A stretch of 35,873 nucleotides of DNA, from positions 1 to 35,873 of the forward strand of contig JAUWYN010000002.1 in assembly GCA_030615805.1 (NCBI GenBank), read 5' to 3'. The first letter of the stretch is position 1; each line of letters begins with the position of its first letter. A program made the translations under genes and the position numbers. Under the pieces are notes generated by a model. That model was not told the DNA's origin. It searched no databases and saw only the letters and a program-made list of their open reading frames with translations. The stretch comes from Hadesarchaea archaeon. GTDB lineage: Archaea; Hadarchaeota; Hadarchaeia; Hadarchaeales; Hadarchaeaceae. Of the stretch, positions 30,358-35,873 are shown one piece after another.

Positions 30358-30939
30358 ATGAGGATGGAGAAAATCAAGGTGGGAATCGAGGGGCTGACGC
30401 CTCTCCTGATGAATAGGCTTGTACCCGAGGACTTGATAAAGGGACCGAGACCCCCAAAGCATTACGACTTCGATGAGTGCGCGAGGAGATCCGCGTACAT
30501 CACGCAGGTGGACGGGAAGCAGACTTTGTACATTAAATCGGAGGCCATCTTTCGGTGCATAATCAACACGGCCAAGTTTTACAAGACGGGGCGACTCAGG
30601 GCATCGCGGATACTCGCTGGGTCGATGAGGATTGAGCCCGATAAGATTCCGCTGAACTCGATGAACTACGAGGTCGACGTGAGGCCCGTCGTAATCCAAA
30701 AGGCTAGGGTTCTCCGCGCCAGGGCGAAAGTCCCCAAGTGGAAGGTGCTGTTCGATATCGTCTTCGACAGGGCCACGATAGACGACCCGACCTTCATAAA
30801 GGAAATTCTCAACGAAGCTGGGATGAAGTCAGGGCTGCTCGATTTTCGACCAGAGCGCGGCGGTTCGTTTGGAACGTTTGTCGTCAACAAGTTCGAGTGG
30901 GACTCCAAGCGGAAGTCTAGGAGGACTGAGAATGGCTAA
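30358..30939 (+). CDS. Hypothetical protein (193 aa), family not recognised
   Basis: Track ORF. The ATG follows the repeat array. GLTPLLMNR near the N-terminus and GLLDFRPERGGSFGTFVV near the C-terminus. Confidence 0.65.
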   Translation: MRMEKIKVGIEGLTPLLMNRLVPEDLIKGPRPPKHYDFDECARRSAYITQVDGKQTLYIKSEAIFRCIINTAKFYKTGRLRASRILAGSMRIEPDKIPLNSMNYEVDVRPVVIQKARVLRARAKVPKWKVLFDIVFDRATIDDPTFIKEILNEAGMKSGLLDFRPERGGSFGTFVVNKFEWDSKRKSRRTENG

Positions 30940-31144
30940 GGACATCGTTATCGTTGGGTTCAAGGTCGAGGAAGACAACTCGGTTTTTTACAAGAAGCTC
31001 AGGGGCATCGTGTTGGGTGAAGTTAAAGACGATGCCAAGCAGCTTGGCAGACGTTTCATCGGCATCGACCTGAACCGCGATTACGTCAAGATGGCGCAGT
31101 GGCGGCTGGGCAGGATCGAGAGCCCGCTGGAGGTTTTCGCATGA
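30932..31144 (+). pseudogene. Relic of a DNA methyltransferase C-terminus, retained as a 70-aa ORF
   Basis: AKQLGRRFIGIDLNRDYVKMAQWRLGRIESPLEVFA parallels the C-terminus of the adjacent full methyltransferase (ARRLRRRWIGFDNNREYCEIARRRLAAIPPPLEVFA). The GSGTT motif I is absent. Confidence 0.55.
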
Positions 31145-32586
31145 GTGACCTGCGTCCACCCAAGTCGATGACATCACCAGTCAACCAGATCCTCTGCGGG
31201 GACGCGGCGGAGCTGATGCGCGGGAGGCTACCCGAAGAATCTGTCCACGCGATAGTCACCGATCCCCCCTACGGGCTGGAGTTCATGGGCGAGGAGTGGG
31301 ACAAGTTCAAGGACTATGGGATTTCTGGATTTTTGGGCAAGTCGCTGACCAAGCAGGCATCTGCCAAGTACGTGTCGATAGGGCGCGGGAGGCAGATGGA
31401 AGGGTGCGGGTTCGACAAGAAGGCCAAGCCATCGTTCTACAACATCTCGAAGCATGGGATGTTGAAGTATCAGCAGTGGACGACCGCCTGGGCCCGCGAG
31501 GCGCTGCGCGTTCTGGTGCCCGGCGCGTCGATGCTGGTGATGGGGGGGACGCGGACCTACCACCGGATGGCCTGCGGGGTCGAGGACGCAGGGTTCGAGG
31601 TTAAGGACACGGTGCTCTGGTGCTACAACTCGGGCTTCCCCAAGGCGCAGGACCTCGGCAAGATGATAGACAGGCGGTTGGGTGTGGAAGGCAAAAGAGA
31701 AATCATCGGAAAGTACATATCGCCGAGGCAGATCGAGAAGGGAACATTTAAGGACGAATTTCCGAGCGGCACATACGAGCAATCTAAAAACAAAGTCTGC
31801 TACGGGGAGTATGCTGGCAAGAAGGAACGATTTGATATAACAATCCCAGCCACCCCCCTCGCCCGCGAGTGGGATGGCTGGAAGGTCGGGGGGCTGAAGC
31901 CGAGCTACGAACCAGTCGTGTGGGCAGTGAAGCCGCCCGAGGGCTCCTACGTGGAGAACGTCCTCAAGCACGGGGTCGGGGCCATCGACATTGAGGCGTG
32001 CAGGATACCCTATGAGGGCGATGACGATAGGGAAACCGCCAGATACAACGCGCTGGGGATGGAGCGACTAAAGAAAGACTACGGCGAGGAACTGGGGACG
32101 CTTTTCGAGGGAGGCTGGAAAAAGCATAAACTCGGCGACCAACCGCAGGGCCGCTACCCCGCCAACATGGTCCGCACCGACCGATTCGAGGACGGGTACG
32201 ACCGCTTCTACTTCGTGCCCAAGGCCGACCGGGGGGAGCGCGACGAGGGGCTGGAGGGGATGCCCGAAGTTCAGAGGTCTTATATGTCTAAAGAAAGTCG
32301 AGTTGGTAAATGTATTCACGCATCAAAAGGTATGGATAGATTTACCCACAAACTTCGCAACACCCATCCAACTGTGAAACCCGTCCGCCTCATGGAGCAC
32401 TTGATAAAGCTGGTGACGCGGCTCGATCAGGTTGTATTGGACCCGTTCGTGGGCAGCGGGACGACCTGCATAGCGGCCCGACGGTTGAGGCGGCGCTGGA
32501 TCGGCTTCGACAACAATCGGGAATATTGCGAGATAGCGAGGCGGAGGCTAGCCGCGATACCACCGCCCTTGGAGGTCTTCGCGTGA
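31141..32586 (+). CDS. DNA N6-adenine/N4-cytosine methyltransferase, beta class
   Basis: ATGA overlap. Motif IV IVTDPPYGLEF lies N-terminal to motif I LDPFVGSGTTCIAA. A long insertion sits between the motifs. Confidence 0.9.
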   Translation: MSDLRPPKSMTSPVNQILCGDAAELMRGRLPEESVHAIVTDPPYGLEFMGEEWDKFKDYGISGFLGKSLTKQASAKYVSIGRGRQMEGCGFDKKAKPSFYNISKHGMLKYQQWTTAWAREALRVLVPGASMLVMGGTRTYHRMACGVEDAGFEVKDTVLWCYNSGFPKAQDLGKMIDRRLGVEGKREIIGKYISPRQIEKGTFKDEFPSGTYEQSKNKVCYGEYAGKKERFDITIPATPLAREWDGWKVGGLKPSYEPVVWAVKPPEGSYVENVLKHGVGAIDIEACRIPYEGDDDRETARYNALGMERLKKDYGEELGTLFEGGWKKHKLGDQPQGRYPANMVRTDRFEDGYDRFYFVPKADRGERDEGLEGMPEVQRSYMSKESRVGKCIHASKGMDRFTHKLRNTHPTVKPVRLMEHLIKLVTRLDQVVLDPFVGSGTTCIAARRLRRRWIGFDNNREYCEIARRRLAAIPPPLEVFA

Positions 32587-33185
32587 GTTGTCCCCGACCT
32601 CCAACGTCGCAGGTACTCCCCTATATCCTGCAACAACTCGGTCACGGCCCGCTCACATTCTTCAAGCTCTACGCCCCGAGCTACCGCTGCCCCCGATGTG
32701 GACTGGAGGGCCTGTTCGTCAAGGTGAGCGCGAACGACGGGCGGACCCTCACGGAATACTGGGACATCGAGGGGCCGCGCGACAACTTTGAAAATATGCG
32801 CGATCTCGAACTCCATCAGGGCATTGGGACCGATGGCGACTTCAAGTACGAGCTCATGCGCCCGTCCAAGGTGAAGCCCCATCTGGACATATTCGGTACG
32901 CTTTTCGTCAGGTCATCGCGCCTCATCCAAGCGCTCGTTCAGGCTAACCTTTTCATCGACCGTCAAGCTCCCGTTGGTCCGACTAGCGGGCCGCAATACC
33001 CCCCGACATCTCGAGAGTCGGCTAAAGTGGGGGCGTCGGGCCAGCGGGAGAGAAGGCGAAGCACGGTCGGGCGGATTGCCTCCGAAAGACTGGGGAAACG
33101 TCCAGCTACAATCTGTTTTCCCACCTCCTCGGTCCAAAACCCGTCCGTGCGCCTCAAGCTCGAAGGGGTGAGGGATGATGGCTGA
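32583..33185 (+). CDS. Hypothetical protein with a CPRCG motif (3' half doubtful)
   Basis: GTGA overlap with the methyltransferase stop. YRCPRCGLEGLFVKV. The C-terminal 90 aa or so are low complexity, and competing ORFs exist on both strands. Confidence 0.4.
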   Translation: MSCPRPPTSQVLPYILQQLGHGPLTFFKLYAPSYRCPRCGLEGLFVKVSANDGRTLTEYWDIEGPRDNFENMRDLELHQGIGTDGDFKYELMRPSKVKPHLDIFGTLFVRSSRLIQALVQANLFIDRQAPVGPTSGPQYPPTSRESAKVGASGQRERRRSTVGRIASERLGKRPATICFPTSSVQNPSVRLKLEGVRDDG

Positions 33186-33291
33186 ATGCGAAGTTGAATG
33201 TAAAAACTGCGGGGCAATTTGGGGTGTTGGGGCAGATGTGGGAATCGTCGCAGAGTTGCTCGAATGTCCGCTTTGCAGGAGGTGGAAGTGA
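33178..33291 (+). CDS. Zinc-ribbon miniprotein (37 aa)
   Basis: MAECEVECKNCGAIWGVGADVGIVAELLECPLCRRWK. Confidence 0.5.
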   Translation: MAECEVECKNCGAIWGVGADVGIVAELLECPLCRRWK

Positions 33292-33596
33292 TGGATGATG
33301 TTGTAGCGAAGAACGCTTGGATAACGCAGGGCGGCGGGAACTACTTCGTCGAGTTCTACCTCGGCGGATGCAAGGGGAACCTCCGAGTCAAGATACCGAA
33401 ATCAGTCGCGGAAAAAATCGCGGGGGGCAAGTTGTTCAAGGTCGTCGGGAACCGATGGAGTGGAAAGGAAGTAACCTTGACTTTTAAGACACCCACGATA
33501 GCGCAACAGTTCCAAGAGGCGGTCGCGGTGGATGATTTAGTTAGCGTTCCCAAAAATCTTCGCGCTCGACCATCTGGAAAAACGGCGGAGGGGTGA
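33291..33596 (+). CDS. Hypothetical protein (101 aa)
   Basis: ATG 33291 overlaps the upstream stop by 1 nt. MDDVVAKNAWITQGGGNYFVEFYLGGCKGNLRVKIPKSVAEKIAGG... Confidence 0.6.
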   Translation: MDDVVAKNAWITQGGGNYFVEFYLGGCKGNLRVKIPKSVAEKIAGGKLFKVVGNRWSGKEVTLTFKTPTIAQQFQEAVAVDDLVSVPKNLRARPSGKTAEG

Positions 33597-33600
33597 TTGA

Positions 33601-33771
33601 GTGACAAGATGTGATAAATGCAAAAAACCGATTCCAAACGACCACAGATACCAGCTTGAGGCGCGGTGGCAGAATCCAGATCCGAGCCAATTTTTCAGGG
33701 TTTACCAACTTTGCCGCGATTGCTACAACGAATTTTTAGCGTGGCTAGGTTTTCCGAAGGAGGTAATCTGA
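33601..33771 (+). CDS. Zinc-ribbon protein (56 aa)
   Basis: GTG start. VTRCDKCKKPIPNDH...QLCRDCYNEFLAWLGFPKEVI. Confidence 0.5.
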   Translation: MTRCDKCKKPIPNDHRYQLEARWQNPDPSQFFRVYQLCRDCYNEFLAWLGFPKEVI

Positions 33772-34059
33772 TTGGAAAAAACAAGAGAGCTTGAGGTTGT
33801 CGGCATTGAGATAGCCTTGGAGAATGGGTCTCGACACAAGCTCGATAAGGGTGAGGTCGGGCGATGGATGGCGGCCTTGCTCCTCTACGAAAGGATGCAG
33901 AAAATAAGAAAGGAATACCGCAAGGAACTCAAGACCCAAGAGCTGATCTCGGAGCTTTTCGTCAAACTGGGCCTAGTCCGTGAGAATGACATAAACTGGA
34001 ACGTGCTGCCACTGATAGCGCTGAATCACGCTTTGCGCTCGACTGAAAAAGCGAGGTGA
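33772..34059 (+). CDS. Hypothetical protein (95 aa)
   Basis: TTG start directly after the upstream stop, with AGGAGG about 10 nt upstream. Confidence 0.55.
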   Translation: MEKTRELEVVGIEIALENGSRHKLDKGEVGRWMAALLLYERMQKIRKEYRKELKTQELISELFVKLGLVRENDINWNVLPLIALNHALRSTEKAR

Positions 34060-34064
34060 TGTGA

Positions 34065-35075
34065 TTGGAGCGAGTGATAGAACTCAAGCAGGACATCCCG
34101 ATTAGGAACAAGGTTTGGAAGGCGGGGAGGTACAGGGTTCCCAACGATATGTCGAGCTTGCTGGCCGACTGGTTGCTCAAGGCGCGGTCTGACATCACCG
34201 AGCTTGTCAGCGCGGAGCCGTCGAAGCCGGACCTCGAAGTGCCGCCTGAAGTCGAACCAGAACCCAAGGCAGACCCCAAAGAGTACATGCAGCAGGCGAT
34301 GGACGAGGCGCAGAAGTTCAAGGCGAGTGGCTCGATTCCAGAAAAAACCGAGGAAAAACCCGCGAAGGAGGCCAGCCCAACTCGGCAGAAGACGGCATTC
34401 GATAAGCTCCAAGAGCTGGTCGGGAGCCACTTGATCGAGATTTACTCCGATGCTGGCAATGGGAAGTCTAGGCTTGCTCATCACATAGCGACCGAGGCCG
34501 AGAGGAGCGGGAAGAAGGTGCTCTACCTCGACACGGAGAAATCCCTGCCGGTCGGTTACGAGAAGCAACTCAAGAACTACGAGATCCACACGGCGAAGAC
34601 CGCCATCGAACTATTGAAGCAGTTGATCAGCCGCGTGCGGAGGGCAAGGGATGAGGACCTCAACCTGATAGTCGTTGACAGCATCGGCCTTCCGGTTCTG
34701 GCGGCCCTACCTGAAATGGATATGCGGGAGAGGGGCGATGCCTTCCAGCTCATGGCCTCCCTGCGATTCCAGATGATGGGGTTCGCCTTCGAGCACGGAC
34801 TGGCAATCGCAATAAATCAGCCAGTAAGTGAACTCTCTCGAGTCAGCATTCGCGGAAAGGCACCCAAGGTCGCGGAGGGAGAACCATTGCCCCCCTCGGG
34901 CGGGAAAAGCGAGTTCATGGCGAAGTTGATCCTCAGGTCGGAGGCGGTGCAGAAAGCCCCGAAGCAGTCGATCTTCAAGCTCGTGGTCTACAAGGCCAGG
35001 GAACACGGGCAGGAGTACGAGTTCGCCAGATTCTCCATAGACGACAAGGGGGTTTCGATAGAGTGGAAAAACTGA
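34065..35075 (+). CDS. RecA-superfamily ATPase (RadB/KaiC-like) with a disordered acidic/Lys-rich N-terminal region
   Basis: Walker A IYSDAGNGKSRLAHHIA, Walker B LNLIVVDSIG. N-terminal 110 aa are rich in E/P/K. Start is TTG 34065 or GTG 34074. Confidence 0.8.
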   Translation: MERVIELKQDIPIRNKVWKAGRYRVPNDMSSLLADWLLKARSDITELVSAEPSKPDLEVPPEVEPEPKADPKEYMQQAMDEAQKFKASGSIPEKTEEKPAKEASPTRQKTAFDKLQELVGSHLIEIYSDAGNGKSRLAHHIATEAERSGKKVLYLDTEKSLPVGYEKQLKNYEIHTAKTAIELLKQLISRVRRARDEDLNLIVVDSIGLPVLAALPEMDMRERGDAFQLMASLRFQMMGFAFEHGLAIAINQPVSELSRVSIRGKAPKVAEGEPLPPSGGKSEFMAKLILRSEAVQKAPKQSIFKLVVYKAREHGQEYEFARFSIDDKGVSIEWKN

Positions 35076-35221
35076 CCAAGCGTCCACGATTCAACCCCGA
35101 CGCGATAGGGCTCTGCAAGCGATGCAAGCGGGTAACACACACCCACGTCGGCAACCAGACGCTCGACGACCCTCTCGGGAACCTTTGCAGGGAGTGCTTC
35201 GGGCAGGGGCGGGGTGAATGA
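35063..35221 (+). CDS. Zinc-ribbon miniprotein (52 aa)
   Basis: GTG 35063. ...GLCKRCKRVTHTHVGNQTLDDPLGNLCRECFGQGRGE. The stop overlaps the next ATG. Confidence 0.45.
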   Translation: MEKLTKRPRFNPDAIGLCKRCKRVTHTHVGNQTLDDPLGNLCRECFGQGRGE

Positions 35222-35538
35222 GCAAAATAATTTTCAAGCCAGAGGGGGAAAACATCAGAATCACTGTAATACATCGTGGATCGAAAGTAGGGAAGCACAA
35301 CTTCGGAAAAATGCTCGCCACTAAAGAATACGCCGAACAAGTGAGGAAGTTTTTGGGCAAACGAAGATTCAAGGCGCTGGGCAAACTGATGAATTACCCT
35401 AATAGTGTTTCCTTCGATCCCCGCAATCGAGAACTGTCATTCAGGGAAGAAATTCACAACGCCTATTTCTTCATCATGTATCTGGTGTGGGCGCTCGAAG
35501 AAAAATTGGAAGTTGTTGAGGGCGGTGGTGCGCGGTGA
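35218..35538 (+). CDS. Hypothetical protein (106 aa)
   Basis: Track ORF with ATGA overlap. Confidence 0.6.
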   Translation: MSKIIFKPEGENIRITVIHRGSKVGKHNFGKMLATKEYAEQVRKFLGKRRFKALGKLMNYPNSVSFDPRNRELSFREEIHNAYFFIMYLVWALEEKLEVVEGGGAR

Positions 35539-35666
35539 GGTCGGGGTCGGAGGTCAGGGCGCGGCTGATTAACGATGAGGAACTCTCGCTAACGTTGTGG
35601 GAAATCATGGCTCTGAATGAGGCAATCGAGAAGGTGCTCGACTCTGGGGGGGGTGAGGGGCGATGA
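35535..35666 (+). CDS. Hypothetical miniprotein (43 aa)
   Basis: GTGA overlap at the start and ATGA overlap at the end. VRSGSEVRARLINDEELSLTLWEIMALNEAIEKVLDSGGGEGR. Confidence 0.4.
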   Translation: MRSGSEVRARLINDEELSLTLWEIMALNEAIEKVLDSGGGEGR

Positions 35667-35873
35667 TAACGATTGAGGAAGTTGTGAATCACGAGGGATT
35701 TCAAATGCTAATGGATATTTTACACAAACAGGAAGCAAACCCCAAGCTAGTTGGTGGTCTAGTTCGGCGCGGATGGACGGGCCACGATATAGATATTGAA
35801 GTGTCAAAATTGGGGCTAAAGGTTCCTCTCGAATTAATGTGCCTAAAATTTGGTAGAAAGGGATGGCTTCCTG
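35663..35873 (+). CDS. N-terminal part of the junction-spanning small protein (continues at nt 142 of the window)
   Basis: MITIEEVVNHEGFQMLMDILHKQEANPKLVGGLVRRGWTGHDIDIEV... runs off the window end inside the terminal repeat. Confidence 0.5.
   Translation, partial: MITIEEVVNHEGFQMLMDILHKQEANPKLVGGLVRRGWTGHDIDIEVSKLGLKVPLELMCLKFGRKGWLP
35733..35873. repeat. Direct terminal repeat, copy 2 (identical to 1..141)
   Basis: Read base by base against the window start. Confidence 0.95.

Larger units (their letters stand above)
1..35873. mobile_element. Closed circular virus-like or integrative-plasmid-like replicon (35,732 bp unique)
   Basis: Exact 141-nt overlap of the window ends. An ORF is continuous across the junction. 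Carries a tyrosine integrase, P-loop ATPase, HNH proteins, a ParB-like protein and a methyltransferase. Strand-coherent modules have 1-4 nt start/stop overlaps. Confidence 0.7.

Noticed and set aside
29989-30416. Track ORFs 29989..30357 (122 aa) and 30141..30416 (91 aa), with repetitive ARQGLAR / GEARLG translations.
   Set aside because: They are read-through of the GGCRNGG repeat array. The amino-acid periodicity simply mirrors the DNA repeat, neither has a start context, and they overlap each other in different frames.
31228-31971. 247-aa minus-strand ORF inside the methyltransferase gene. Similar long antisense ORFs lie at 7232..7855, 9537..10061, 9988..10533 and 34026..34589.
   Set aside because: Each is antisense to a gene with clear catalytic motifs. 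The translations are Pro/Arg/Leu-rich and of low information content.
32900-33180. Possible structured RNA or att site in the low-complexity 3' half of ORF 32583..33185 (hairpin ccgac-atctcgaga-gtcgg; a cgactagcg 9-mer shared with the 28-nt motif).
   Set aside because: It is only a short hairpin and a 9-mer match, which cannot be distinguished from chance by eye. I kept the ORF call at low confidence instead.
1-35873. tRNA or rRNA genes, and a tRNA-derived attP next to the integrase.
   Set aside because: I found no cloverleaf-compatible segment and no GGTTCGAATCC-like T-arm in the non-coding gaps. I cannot exclude a short att core without comparison to a host genome.

Overview
The first 141 nt of the window are repeated exactly at its end (35733..35873), and a small ORF reads through the junction. 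The window is therefore most simply one closed circular replicon with 35,732 bp of unique sequence.

It carries about 70 tightly packed ORFs. Most are translationally coupled through ATGA, GTGA or TGATG start/stop overlaps. They fall into four strand-coherent modules:
- **27.9 kb through the junction to 12.6 kb, + strand.** DNA-binding and DNA-metabolism genes: a ParB-like protein, a beta-class DNA amino-methyltransferase plus a methyltransferase relic, a RecA/KaiC-like ATPase, three HNH proteins, a MazG-like protein, and many RHH, wHTH and zinc-ribbon miniproteins. This module also holds a 7-kb glycosyl/phospho/methyl tailoring cassette.
- **12.6-21.6 kb, - strand.** Two giant PKD-domain membrane-anchored surface proteins, a tyrosine integrase, a P-loop ATPase with a zinc ribbon, two membrane proteins and an RHH regulator.
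- **21.7-26.4 kb, + strand.** Nine membrane or secreted proteins, including a CPBP-type intramembrane protease.
- **26.4-27.0 kb, - strand.** A wHTH regulator and a small membrane protein.

I could not recognise any capsid, portal, terminase, tail, polymerase, primase or Rep gene by eye, and I found no rRNA, tRNA or CRISPR array. The gene content fits a temperate non-tailed (membrane-containing) virus or an integrative plasmid. The host is possibly archaeal, based on TATA-like AT boxes in the intergenic regions, many small zinc-ribbon proteins and a Dol-P-sugar-synthase-like GT2, but host assignment is inference only.

The most unusual items are:
- An eight-gene coupled operon: GT4, a membrane protein, an HprK-like kinase, a nucleotidyltransferase, a B12-radical SAM enzyme, GT2, a second nucleotidyltransferase and an FkbM methyltransferase.
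- An array of GGCRNGG motifs spaced at 5- and 10-bp intervals, directly downstream of the ParB-like gene.
- An iteron, palindrome and (TTTC)n region upstream of a DNA-binding gene.
- A 28-nt motif embedded at the 5' ends of three consecutive genes.

All family assignments rest on motifs read by eye. No searches were run.
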